A stretch of DNA of 64,000 nucleotides from an uncultured Solirubrobacterales bacterium (GTDB lineage Bacteria; Actinomycetota; Thermoleophilia; Solirubrobacterales; 70-9), in contig CAWIWP010000004.1 in assembly GCA_963839875.1 (NCBI GenBank), positions 86,664-150,663 on the forward strand, written 5' to 3'. Under the pieces are notes generated by a model. It was not told where the DNA came from. It searched no databases and saw nothing but the letters and a program-made list of their open reading frames with translations. The position numbers were made by a program, and so were the translations under genes. Positions 1 through 9,878 of the stretch are shown piece by piece (within the stretch, counting starts at the first letter, position 1; the number at the start of each line of letters is the position of its first letter).

Positions 1-532
1 CGACGAACGCGCCGAGCCACATGTCGGGGCCGAAGAGGATCTCGGTGTCGGGGCCGTGCTCGGCCCAGATGTGCTCGACGACCTTGACGGCGTTCGACGA
101 GGTGCAGCAGTAGTCGGTCTCGGCCTTGACCTCGGCCGAGGTGTTGACGTACATGACCACCAGGGCGCCGGGGTGCTCGGCCTTCCAGGCGCGGAGCTGG
201 TCGGCGTTGATCGAATCCGACAGCGAGCAGCCCGCTCCCAGGTCGGCGATCAGAACGCGCTTGTCGGGACAGAGAATCGAGGCCGTCTCGGCCATGAAGT
301 GGACGCCGCAGAACTCGATCACCTCGGCGTCGACGGCGGACGCCTGGCGCGAGAGCCCCAGCGAGTCGCCGGTGTAGTCAGCGACCTCCTGCAGCTCGGC
401 GAGCTGGTAGTTGTGGGCGAGGATGACGGCGTTGCGCTCCGCTGCGAGCTCGCGCACCTCGGCCGAGAGATCGCGGATCTCGTCCTCGCTCAGCTTTGCG
501 GGTAGCTCCTGAACCGTGGGTAGCTCGAGCAT
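1..532 (-). CDS. nadA: Quinolinate synthase NadA, N-terminal part (gene runs off the left edge)
   Basis: Own translation of the minus strand from ATG (complement of 530-532): [43 protein letters not shown]...[12 protein letters not shown]...[22 protein letters not shown]. These are NadA hallmark motifs. AAAGGAG lies just upstream. Absent from the ORF track because no stop lies in the window. Confidence 0.9.
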   Translation of the reverse strand, partial: MLELPTVQELPAKLSEDEIRDLSAEVRELAAERNAVILAHNYQLAELQEVADYTGDSLGLSRQASAVDAEVIEFCGVHFMAETASILCPDKRVLIADLGAGCSLSDSINADQLRAWKAEHPGALVVMYVNTSAEVKAETDYCCTSSNAVKVVEHIWAEHGPDTEILFGPDMWLGAFV

Positions 533-631
533 CTCGGCTCCTTTGTGTTCTTATGTTCGCTGCCCCGGCGCCGCGTCATTCAGGTGGGCGCCTCGAGGCT
601 CAGCGAATGTCCAAGGGGCATTCTATAGACC

Positions 632-1510
632 ATGCCCGAGCTGCCCGAAGTCGAGATCACGGCCCGCCGGCTGTCGTCCGCCCTCGAAGGCTCCGAGGTC
701 GAGTCGGTGATGTCGCCGGGGATCGCGACCGTGAAGACCTTCGATCCGCCCCTGGACGCCCTCGTGGGCGCGCAGGTCCTGGGCGTCCGCCGGATCGGGA
801 AGATGCTCGCGACGGATTTCGAGACCACGGGCGGCGACCCGCTGACCCTCCTCGTCCACCTGATGTCCGCCGGCCGGATGCAGCTCTTCGGAAAGCGCGC
901 CTCGCTGAAGGACCGCCGCTCGCGCCTCCTGATTCGCATCGCCGGGGATGCGGGAGGCGAGGGCGACCGCGAGCTGCGCCTGCGCGAGTTCGGGACCCGC
1001 CAGTCCGCCTGGGCGAAGCTGCTCCCGACGGGCGAGGTGGAGAACGAGGAGATGGTCGAGACGCTCGGGCCCGACGCATGGCCGGCGCCCACGGCCGAGG
1101 AGCTGGGCGAGCTGCTGGACCAGCCCGGCCACCTCCACCCCCAGCTTCGCAAGCAGCGGACGATCGCCGGGATCGGCCGCTCGTGGGTGGACGAGATCCT
1201 CTGGGAGGCGAAGCTCTCACCCTTCAAGAAGGGCACCGAGCTGGCGCCGTCGGAGCTCGAGCGGCTGCGCGAATCGCTGGGTGTGCTCGGAGCGGCGATC
1301 GACCACTACGAGGAGGTGGTCGGCGACGAGATCCCCGACAAGATGCCGATGCCTCTCAAGGTCCACCGCCGCGAGGGGGAGCCGTGCCCGCGCTGCGGCG
1401 CGACGATCGAGGCGGTCTTCTACTCCGAGCACCAGATGAACTACTGCCCGGAAGAGCAGACGGGCGGCAAGGTGCTGAAGGACCGCCGGCTCTCGCGGCT
1501 CCTCAAATAG
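632..1510 (+). CDS. Fpg/Nei-family DNA glycosylase (formamidopyrimidine-DNA glycosylase / endonuclease VIII)
   Basis: 292-aa ORF. Catalytic N-terminus MPELPEVE. C-terminal zinc finger CPRCGATIEAVFYSEHQMNYCPEEQ. Confidence 0.9.
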   Translation: MPELPEVEITARRLSSALEGSEVESVMSPGIATVKTFDPPLDALVGAQVLGVRRIGKMLATDFETTGGDPLTLLVHLMSAGRMQLFGKRASLKDRRSRLLIRIAGDAGGEGDRELRLREFGTRQSAWAKLLPTGEVENEEMVETLGPDAWPAPTAEELGELLDQPGHLHPQLRKQRTIAGIGRSWVDEILWEAKLSPFKKGTELAPSELERLRESLGVLGAAIDHYEEVVGDEIPDKMPMPLKVHRREGEPCPRCGATIEAVFYSEHQMNYCPEEQTGGKVLKDRRLSRLLK

Positions 1511-2027
1511 CTATACGGCCGATGACTCGCCGCACCATGCCGCGGCCGATTCGCAGCGGGTGGCTGACGATGGTGCCGGCGCGGCCGGTGAGGCTGAGCG
1601 GGTCGCGGGCGACTCCGAGCTGGCGCAGGACCGTGCCCGAGTCGAAGTAGACGCGCTCGCAGACGAGCTTGTCGTCGTCGAAGAGGAAGACGGCCAGGAT
1701 CGGCAGCTCGAAGCTCCGGCCGGTCGGGGGCAGGCCTCCCAGCGGGCCTTCGTGGGTGCCCCGGACGACGGCCTCGACGCAGACCGAGTGGTCGCAGTGG
1801 TGCAGGGCCAGCAGCTCGTTGCGCTGGTCGGGGAAGGCGCGGCGGGTCGCGTCGAAGTAGGCCATGACCTCCTCGGGCCCGTCGTGGACCTCGCCGGTCG
1901 CCATCAGCTCGTAGCGGGGGTGGTCGAAGGTGTCGAGGGTCGCGTCGAACTCGTGGCGGTTCTCGGAGTCCATGTGCTCGCGGACGATCGCCTCGCGCTT
2001 GCGACGCAGGATCGGGTTGAGCGCCAT
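1503..2027 (-). CDS. SnoaL/NTF2-like protein (ester-cyclase type), tandem paralogue 1
   Basis: 174-aa ORF. About 55-60% identical by eye to the adjacent ORF 2030..2548 (shared ...FDHPRYE...GPLGGLPPTGR...VCERVYFD...LGVARDPL...). Family assignment is by recollection of NTF2-like ester cyclases. Confidence 0.6.
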   Translation of the reverse strand: MALNPILRRKREAIVREHMDSENRHEFDATLDTFDHPRYELMATGEVHDGPEEVMAYFDATRRAFPDQRNELLALHHCDHSVCVEAVVRGTHEGPLGGLPPTGRSFELPILAVFLFDDDKLVCERVYFDSGTVLRQLGVARDPLSLTGRAGTIVSHPLRIGRGMVRRVIGRIAI

Positions 2028-2029
2028 CG

Positions 2030-2548
2030 TCAGCGACCCGTCGCGCGTCGCACGAGGCCGCGCCCGACCGTCAGCGGGTGGTTGGCGACCGTTCCGAGGC
2101 GCCCGCCGAGCGTGAGTGGGTCGCGGGCGACCCCGAGCTGCGTCATCAGCGTGTTCACGTCGAGGTAGACGCGCTCGCAGACGAGCCCCTCGTTCTCGAA
2201 GACGAAGACACTCAAAAAGGGGAGCTCGGTTCGCCTGCCGGTCGGCGGCAGCCCGCGATACGGGCCCTGGTGCGTGCCTCGTGCGACCGCCTCCATCAGA
2301 ACCGTGTCGTCGGAGCTGTGGAGATCCAGGATCTCGACGAGCTGGTCGGGAAACGCCTTGCCGAGCTCGACCCAGTGGTCCATGACCGCGTCCGGGCCGT
2401 CGTAGACCTCGTCCGTCGCGACGTACTCGTAGCGCGGGTGCTTGAAGCTGAGGAGCGCCGTGTGCAGGTCGCCGGCGTTCTCGGCCTCGACGTGGTCGCG
2501 GACGATCTGCTCCCGCCGCTCGCGGTCCCCTTCGCTCAGGATGGCCAT
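2030..2548 (-). CDS. SnoaL/NTF2-like protein (ester-cyclase type), tandem paralogue 2
   Basis: 172-aa ORF, 2 nt from paralogue 1, collinear similarity over the full length including the C-terminal tail. Confidence 0.6.
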   Translation of the reverse strand: MAILSEGDRERREQIVRDHVEAENAGDLHTALLSFKHPRYEYVATDEVYDGPDAVMDHWVELGKAFPDQLVEILDLHSSDDTVLMEAVARGTHQGPYRGLPPTGRRTELPFLSVFVFENEGLVCERVYLDVNTLMTQLGVARDPLTLGGRLGTVANHPLTVGRGLVRRATGR

Positions 2549-2603
2549 CGGCGCGACTTTATCCGGGTGGCACGGAAGCTCCGTCGTCGATTAGGGTGGC
2601 GCC

Positions 2604-3047
2604 GTGACCATCGCCCTGATCGTCATCGGAGTCATCATCTTCCTCGCGGTCGACTTCTACGTGATGAAGAAGGTCCTGACCAAGCACCGCTCGGCCGACG
2701 ACCACGGAGAGGTTCCCGTCCCCGGCGAGGCGGCGCTGACGCTGCCCGCCGGGAAGGTCAAGCTGAGCTACCAGGAGGGCCAGCACACCTCCCGCAGCGA
2801 GGACGAGAGGATCCAGTTCTTCACGCCGGACGACCTCGTCGTGACGGTCGTCGGCCCGGATGGAGCGGAGATCCCGGTCGACGGGCCGGGGATCGCGGGC
2901 ACCGGCTCGAGCAAGTCCACCGGCATCGGTTTCTCCCGGCTGGAGATCGGAAGCGTCCAGCTACCCGATGCCGGCACCTACACGGTCAAGGCGGAGTCGA
3001 GCTCGGCCGGCGGCCTCGAGGACCCGAAGGTCCTCGTCGGCGTCTAG
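2604..3047 (+). CDS. Hypothetical protein with N-terminal transmembrane anchor
   Basis: 147-aa ORF. MTIALIVIGVIIFLAVDFYVM hydrophobic start. High GC3. No recognisable domain. Confidence 0.5.
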   Translation: MTIALIVIGVIIFLAVDFYVMKKVLTKHRSADDHGEVPVPGEAALTLPAGKVKLSYQEGQHTSRSEDERIQFFTPDDLVVTVVGPDGAEIPVDGPGIAGTGSSKSTGIGFSRLEIGSVQLPDAGTYTVKAESSSAGGLEDPKVLVGV

Positions 3048-3056
3048 GCGCTGCGG

Positions 3057-3908
3057 TCAGGCCTCGAGCTCGAGGCTGACGTCGAGGTTGGGCGCCGAGT
3101 GGGTGAGCGCGCCGATCGAGATGAAGTCCACGCCCGTCGCGGCGACCTCGCGCACCGTCTCCAGCGTGATGCCGCCCGAGGCCTCGAGCTCGGGAGGGTC
3201 GGCGGCCTCGCGGGCCAACGCCACAGCGCGCTCGAGGTCGCCGGGCGCCATGTTGTCGAGCAGCACGCGCTCGGGCGCCTGACCGAGTACCTCCTCGAGC
3301 TGGCCGAGCGTGTCGCACTCGACCTCGATCGGCATCCCGTCGCCGGCCTCCCTTGCCCTTCTGATCGCCTCGCCCGCACCGCCCGCGATCGCGATGTGGT
3401 TGTCCTTGATCAGGATGGCGTCGAAGAGCCCGATCCGGTGGTTGACGCCCCCGCCCGCGGCGACAGCCGCCTTCTCGAGCGTTCTCAGGCCCGGCGTCGT
3501 CTTGCGGGTGTCCAGGATGCGCGCACCGGTGCCCTCGACGGCGCGGACGAACTCCGCGGTCAGGGTCGCGATCCCCGACAGGTGGCCGAGCAGGTTGAGG
3601 GCGACGCGCTCGCCGGCGAGCAGCGCCCTCGCCGGCCCGGCGACGCGCGCCGCCGTTGCCGGCACCGAGTCCCGCCACTGTCCCTCGACCAGCATCGGGT
3701 CGAAGCTGTCGGCGCCGGTCTGGCGAAGCGCCTCCGCGGCGGCCTCGATGCCGAACAGCACCCCCTCCTGCTTCTGGATGAGCGAGGCGCGACCCCGGGC
3801 ATCGGCCGGGACCACCGCGTCGGTGGTGACGTCGCCAGCCCCCAGATCTTCGGCGAGCGCGCGCGCGACGACCTCACGAACCTCGTCTGTGGGACGTTTA
3901 TCGGTCAG
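3057..3908 (-). CDS. nadC: Nicotinate-nucleotide pyrophosphorylase (carboxylating) NadC, probable CTG start
   Basis: ORF-track fragment 3057..3815 carries TRKTTPGLR, AGGGVNHR and ILIKDNH. In-frame upstream sequence PTDEVREVVARALAEDLGAGDVTTDAVVP is the conserved NadC N-terminus. No ATG/GTG/TTG lies between it and an in-frame TAG; only CTG at 3906-3908, with GGAGG at 3916-3920 (7-nt spacer). Gives 283 aa. Confidence 0.85.
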   Translation of the reverse strand: MTDKRPTDEVREVVARALAEDLGAGDVTTDAVVPADARGRASLIQKQEGVLFGIEAAAEALRQTGADSFDPMLVEGQWRDSVPATAARVAGPARALLAGERVALNLLGHLSGIATLTAEFVRAVEGTGARILDTRKTTPGLRTLEKAAVAAGGGVNHRIGLFDAILIKDNHIAIAGGAGEAIRRAREAGDGMPIEVECDTLGQLEEVLGQAPERVLLDNMAPGDLERAVALAREAADPPELEASGGITLETVREVAATGVDFISIGALTHSAPNLDVSLELEA

Positions 3909-4415
3909 GTGAGTGCCTCCAGGTCGAAGCCCAAGCTACCGCCGTTTCAGGAGCTCCTCGACGAGCACGGCCGCGACGTGCTCGGGTTCCTGATCGCGTC
4001 TGTGGGGCCGGCGGACGCCGAGGACTGCTACCAGGAGACGCTGATCGCAGCGCTGCGCTCGTACCCGAAGCTCGACCACGGCCGCAACCTGCGCGGGTGG
4101 CTGCTGACGATCGCGCACCGAAAGGCGATCGACCACCACCGCTCGCGCTCCCGCCATGCGGTGCCGGCGGGGAGCCCGGACGAGGTGGGCGGCGGAGTCG
4201 CCGTGGCCGACCCCGGGCTGGAGGCGGCAGGGGCAGACGGGGAGCTCTGGCGCGCGGTCGGCACCCTTCCCCCGAAGCAGCGCAGCGCGGTGATGCTGCG
4301 CTTCTCGGCCGACATGGCCTACGGGCGGATCGGCGAGCTGCTCGACACATCCGCCGACGCGGCGCGCCGCAATGTCCACGAGGGCCTGAAGAAACTGAGA
4401 GGTGAGCTGAGATGA
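3909..4415 (+). CDS. ECF-type sigma-70 family RNA polymerase sigma factor
   Basis: Last 168 codons of ORF 3099..4415. Region 2: FQELLDEHGRDVLGFL...AEDCYQETLIAALRSY, WLLTIAHRKAIDHHR. Region 4 HTH: LPPKQRSAVMLRFSADMAYGRIGELLDTSADAARRNVHEGLKKLR. GTG 3909 is the only start between the nadC start and the conserved region; no clear SD (possibly leaderless). Confidence 0.85.
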   Translation: MSASRSKPKLPPFQELLDEHGRDVLGFLIASVGPADAEDCYQETLIAALRSYPKLDHGRNLRGWLLTIAHRKAIDHHRSRSRHAVPAGSPDEVGGGVAVADPGLEAAGADGELWRAVGTLPPKQRSAVMLRFSADMAYGRIGELLDTSADAARRNVHEGLKKLRGELR

Positions 4416-5030
4416 CCGATGACCGAATCACCCAAGCGCTGAAGATCGCTCCTGACGACGAACGGGTAGGCGGCCGCCAACGCGGCCCTGCTGAAGCGCG
4501 CCGAGGGCGAGGACCTGCTCGACGTCGCCTACGCGGGGGTCGACTCGCCCTACGGCGAGCTCACCGTCGCGGCCACCGATCGAGGCGTCGTCGCCCTGGC
4601 ACTGCCGAACCGCGAGCCCGACACGCTGCTGGAGCAGATCGCCGACCGGGTCTCTCCGCGGATCCTCGAGTCCGCGGCGCGCCTCGACGGCCCGCGGCGC
4701 GAGCTCGACGCCTACTTCGAGGGGCGGCTGCACGACTTCTCGACGCCGGTCGACTGGAGCCTGACGCGCGGGTTCACCGACCGGGCGCTCCACGTCGTTG
4801 CGAGCATCCCGTACGGGCGGACCCTCAGCTACACCGACGTCGCCGAGCGGGCGGGCAACCGGAAGGCATCGCGGGCGGCCGGCACGGCGTGCGCGACCAA
4901 CCCGATCCCGCTGATCGTGCCGTGCCACCGCGTCTTGCCGAAGAGCGGCGTCCCCGGCAGCTATGGAGGCGGGCCCGAGATGAAGCGCTCGCTGCTGGAG
5001 CTCGAGGGCTCGCTCGTGCCGGGCCGGTAA
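4412..5030 (+). pseudogene. ogt: Methylated-DNA-protein-cysteine methyltransferase (Ogt/MGMT), one frameshift in this sequence
   Basis: ATG 4412 overlaps the sigma stop (ATGA). The first frame gives MTDDRITQALKIAPDDERV. After an extra G near 4469 another frame gives AAANAALLKRAEGEDLLDVAYAGVDSPYGELTVAATDRG...YGRTLSYTDVAERAGNRKASRAAGTACATNPIPLIVPCHRVLPKSG...LLELEG, stop 5028-5030. PCHRV is the MGMT active site. The listed ORF 4412..5044 is the wrong frame after codon 19. Confidence 0.85.
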
Positions 5031-5062
5031 GGCCGGGTCGGTGAAGCCGGTCGCTGAGTAGG

Positions 5063-6559
5063 TCAGTCGAGCGCGTTGCGCGCCCTGGAGCGGCCGACGT
5101 TGGCTCCCCAGAGGCCGTCGGGCTCGTCGAGGCGGTCCGACTGCTCCCCCAGGACGTCGTCGCGCAGCGGTGACGGCAGCTCCGCGAGGGCCGGCACCGC
5201 GTCGGCGCTGAGCCCGGCGTTGTAGTCGCGGTCGAAGCTTTCCGATGTGGGGCCGTCCGAAGCGGCGTAGCGCTCGACGTTTCGCTCCGCGATCCAGCCG
5301 TCGGGGTTGCCGAGTGTCAGACCGAGCGCGATCGCGACCGACACGATGCAGACCGCCCTCGGCACCCATGCGCGGCTCGGAGTGAAGAGCGATACGAGCG
5401 TGGCGATCAGCGTCGCCGCGATCCACAGGCAGACCGAGAAGGCGACGAGGCGATCTCTGGTCGCGCCGAACGCGTCGACGTAGAGGTCGAGCCGGTGCGC
5501 CGCGGACACGAGCACGATCGAGCGTCAGCGCGCAAAGCGCGCCGAGAAGGCCCCGCAGGAGCTTCGCCTGGCCGTCGCCCTCGACGCGCGCCCACCGCAG
5601 CGCCGCCGGCCACGACCGCCAGGACGAGCGCCGCCGCGACCAGCAGCTGGAAGAAGCCCTCGCGCGCGTACTCGGCGTAGGTGAGGCCGGCCGTCTCGAG
5701 CACGTGGTCGGAGCCGCCGAAGAGGACGACGAACTGCACGCCGACGAACGCCGCGAAGAGGGCGACGAGCGAGCCGAGCGCGATGCCCCACTCCGTCGCC
5801 CCCATGCCCTTCGGCGGCGGAGGGGCGAACTCGTCGTGCCCGGCGTCCTGACCACGGGCCCCGCTCCGGTCCTCGTCATCATCCAGCCGGCTGGCTGCGA
5901 TGTACGCAAGCGCTCCGCCCACGAACAGGGCGAGCAGGCCCACGCCGATCCGCACCTGCAGGTCCAGCAGGGAGAGATCGGGCGAAAGGCCGCCGAGAAG
6001 CTCGGAGAAGGCCTCGTCGGCCGAAGCGAAGAGCGCGGCGAAGACCGCCACCAGGACGGCCGCCAGGAGGGTCCCGTTCAAGACCGAGCGACAGCCTGCC
6101 GCCCTCGACCGCCGGGACCCTGCTGACGGCCGAGCTGATCACCTCGATCGGGCCGATGAACGGGCCGATGAAGGAGCCCGCGGCGACCTGGCCGAGACCT
6201 CGCCACGAAGCGGATCCGATCAGCGCGATCGAGCCGAGGAAGAACGCCAGGCCGAGGTTCAGGACCACGAGCCAGCTCGCGTCGCGGAGGACCGGCGTCG
6301 CCGCGAGCGCCGCGCAGCCGACCAGCAGCACGGCGCGCCAGGGCTCCGAGCGGGCGCCGGATCCCACCGCAGCGGCCGCGAGCATCAGCGACGAGCAGAT
6401 CGCGAGGCCGAGCCCGGGCAGGGACCCGGGCACGATCAGCGCCGCCAGGAGCGAGGTGCCGAGAACGGCCAGGGCGGCCGGCGAGGCCACGGTCACCCGC
6501 GAGACAGCGCCGGCGGCGGATGCCACGGGTGCCGCGGCGGCCTGGGAGCCCTCAGCCAC
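5063..6559 (-). pseudogene. Polytopic membrane protein (DUF4153/DUF4173-like), at least 3 frameshifts
   Basis: Pieces lie in three frames: VAEGSQ...ALAVLGTSLLAALIVPGSLPGLGLAICSS...; NGTLLAAVLVAVFAALFAS...GLTYAEYAREGFFQLLVAAALVLAVVAG; LRWARVEGDGQAKLLRGLLGALCALTL; LVSAAHRLDLYVDAFGATRDRLVAFSVCLWIAATL... The GTG at 6557-6559 overlaps the kinase stop. Frame changes near 6085, 5600 and 5520. Confidence 0.55.
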
Positions 6560-7582
6560 CTGTGCCTCCGATCCGCACGGCGCCGGGGAGCTCGACGACC
6601 ATCCGGCAGCCGCTGGGCTCCGCGTCGGTCGCGGCGATCGAGCCGCCGTGCATCGAGACGACCCACTGCGGCGATCGAGAGCCCGAGGCCGGCGCCGCTG
6701 CTCGAGCGAGAGTCGTCGCGCGCGGTAGAAGCGCTCGAAGACGCGCGAGCGCTGGTCCGGCCGGGATGCCCGGCCCCAGGTCGCCGACGTCGAGGCGGAC
6801 CGCGGTGCCCGCGCGCACGCAGCCGCGCGGTCACGGGCCCGCCGGCCGGGGAATGCCGGAGCGCGTTGTCGATCAGGTTGGTGACGCACCTGCTGCATGC
6901 GCACCTCGTCGGCGACGATCCGCAGGTCCGGCGGGCTCGCCTCCGACGTCGATCGCGACGCCGTCGCCGGCCGAGAGCACGGCCTCGTCGCGGGCGCGGT
7001 CGAGCAGCCGCGCGGCGCGGGAACTCGGCGCAGGTCGAGCGGCACGCTCCCTCGGCCTCCATCCGCGAGAGGTCGAGCAGCTGCTCGACCATGCCGCCCG
7101 AGCCGCTCGAGCTGGCCGCGCATGGCGATCAGGGTCTCGGGGTCGGCCGGCTGGACGCCGTCGATCACGTTCTCGAGGCTCGCCCGCAGCGCCGAGATCG
7201 GGGTGCGCAGCTCGTGCGAGACGTTGGCGACCAGCTCGCGGCGCATCCTGTCGGTCTCGGCGAGCTCGCTGCTCATCGCGTTGAAGGCCTCCGCGAGCTG
7301 GGCGACCTCGTCCCTGCCGCTGACCGTCGACCTGCTGGCCGTGCTCGCCCCGCGCCATCGCCTTGGCGGCGGCCGCCATCTCGCGCAGCGGCGAGGTCAT
7401 GCCCGCGCGCCAGCAGCTGGATCACGACGAGCGCGAGCAGGACCGCGAGGCGACGACGCCCCAGCGCAGGTACGACGCCCGTCTTGCGGGCGACGACCAT
7501 GGAGACGATCGTCGACGAGCATCGCCGGCGACGATCACGATCCCGAGCTTGACCTTGATCGAGCGGATCCGGCCGAGCGGGT

Positions 7583-7586
<4 letters not shown>
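6552..7586 (-). pseudogene. Sensor histidine kinase (HAMP-HisKA-HATPase_c), multiple frameshifts
   Basis: Fragments in different frames: [20 protein letters not shown] (start; its GTG overlaps the regulator stop as GTGA), [53 protein letters not shown] (H-box), MVEQLLDLSRMEAEG, GPGIP, SMHGGSIAATDAEPSGCRMVVELP. Confidence 0.8.
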
Positions 7587-8276
<690 letters not shown>

Positions 8277-8355
8277 GCGGAGCAGGCTAGACCGCGCCCG
8301 TTGAGCGCGTGCGCGGCCTGTGTGGAGATTCGGTGGAGGCCGGTGCCTAGAAGAT

Positions 8356-9475
8356 TCAGTCCGGAGACTCGGACGCAGCCTGGTTCAGGTACTCGCGGAT
8401 GAAGCCGTCGAGGTCCCCGTCGAGGACCCGCTGGGCGTCACCCATCTCGAAGTTCGTGCGGTGGTCCTTGACGCGCTGGTCGGGGTGAAGGAAGTAGCTG
8501 CGGATCTGGGAGCCCCACTCGGCCGACTTGACCTCGCCGCGCTCCTTGGCCAGCTCCTCGGCGCGCTTTCGCTCCTCGAGCTCCAGCAGGCGGCTCTTCA
8601 GGAGCTGCATGGCGACGGCCTTGTTCTGGGCCTGCGAGCGCTCGTTCTGGCACTGGACGACGACGCCGGTGGGCTCGTGGGTCAGGCGCACCGCCGAGTC
8701 GGTCTTGTTGACGTGCTGGCCGCCGGCGCCCGAGGCGCGGTAGGTGTCGACGCGGATCTCGGACTCGTCGAGGTCGACCTCGACGTCGCCCTCGACCAGC
8801 GGCGCAACGTCGAGCTGGGCGAAGCTCGTGTGGCGCCGGGCGGCGGAGTCGAAGGGCGAGATCCGGATCAGGCGGTGGACGCCGCGCTCGGCCGCGAACA
8901 GCCCGTACGCGTTCTCACCGCGGGCGATGAAGGTGGCCGACTTCAGCCCGGCCTCTTCCCCCGGCGAGGCCTCCGCCATCTCGACCTTGAAGCCGCGGCG
9001 CTCGGCCCAGCGCAGGTACATGCGCAGCAGGATCTCGGCCCAGTCCTGGGAGTCGGTCCCCCCCGCCCCGGCATTGACGGTGACCGCAGCGTCGCCGGCG
9101 TCGTACTCGCCGGAGAAGAGCCGCTCCTCCTCGAGCTCGGCAAGGCGCGTCTCGATCGAGGCGACCTGGGAGGCGAGCTCGGTGGCCATCTCCTCGTCGT
9201 CGGCGGCCATCTCGGCGAGCTCGTCGAGGTCTGCGACGTCGGTCTCGAGCGAGCGGAACCCTTTCAGGCGCTTCTGGGCGCGGGAGTGCTTCGCGGACGT
9301 GACCGCAGCAGTCCGCTGGTCGTCCCAGAAGCCGGGACGCTGCATCTCCTCTTCAAGCGAGGTGACCTCGGACTCCAGCGAAGCGGGGTCAAAGATAGTC
9401 CGCGAGCAGCTTCAACTGCTCGCGGATCTTGGCGAGCCGCGCAGGGACCTGATCCGCTGTGAGCGCCTCGGCCAT
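8356..9475 (-). CDS. prfB: Peptide chain release factor 2, with programmed +1 ribosomal frameshift
   Basis: ORF 8356..9345 holds the RF2 body (SPFDSAARRHTSF, SGAGGQHVNKTDSAVR). The 28-codon leader MAEALTADQVPARLAKIREQLKLLADYL (9392..9475) ends at TAT CTT TGA C. A +1 shift continues DPASLESEVTSLEEEMQRPGFWDDQ in the body frame. Confidence 0.95.
9388..9400 (-). other. prfB: prfB recoding site GAC TAT CTT TGA C (+1 frameshift at CTT-TGA)
   Basis: Minus-strand sequence read directly. CTT is 9392-9394 and TGA is 9389-9391. The downstream frame is phased with ORF 8356..9345. Confidence 0.9.
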
Positions 9476-9512
9476 GACGCAAGGGTATTGACGTGTGGTG
9501 TAGCTTCGCAGT

Positions 9513-9878
9513 GTGAATTCAAAGGCACGCAAGAGCGGCAAGGCCCTCGCGGCGCTCGCGACGGGCACCGCGCTCGTGTTCGCCGGCGTCGCCCACTCGT
9601 CGGGAAGCCCGGTTGCGACCGTGGCCGCGCCCGCCAAGGTCAGCGCCGACGACAACTTCTTCTCTCCCGTGAAGGTGACGATCGCCCCCGGCGGCAAGGT
9701 CAAGTGGACCAACGACGGGAAGATCGACCACAACGTCACCTTCAGCGGCGGCTTCGCGAGCGGGAACTTCGGCGCGGGCGAGTCGGTCGTCAAGAAGTTC
9801 AGCCGAGCCGGGAAGTTCCCCTACACCTGCACCCTCCACGCCGGAATGTCCGGGAAGGTCAAGGTCGTAGGAGGCTGA
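9513..9878 (+). CDS. Secreted type-1 (blue) copper protein, plastocyanin/azurin-like cupredoxin
   Basis: 121-aa ORF. Signal peptide MNSKARKSGKALAALATGTALVFAGVAHS. Copper ligands: H in DHNVTF, and C-x2-H-x2-M in YTCTLHAGM. Confidence 0.8.
   Translation: MNSKARKSGKALAALATGTALVFAGVAHSSGSPVATVAAPAKVSADDNFFSPVKVTIAPGGKVKWTNDGKIDHNVTFSGGFASGNFGAGESVVKKFSRAGKFPYTCTLHAGMSGKVKVVGG

Noticed and set aside
4412-5044. Listed 210-aa Arg-rich ORF downstream of the ECF sigma gene, considered as a possible novel basic protein or anti-sigma factor.
   Set aside because: Only its first 19 codons are genuine. After ~4469 the neighbouring frame encodes a textbook Ogt ending at 5030.
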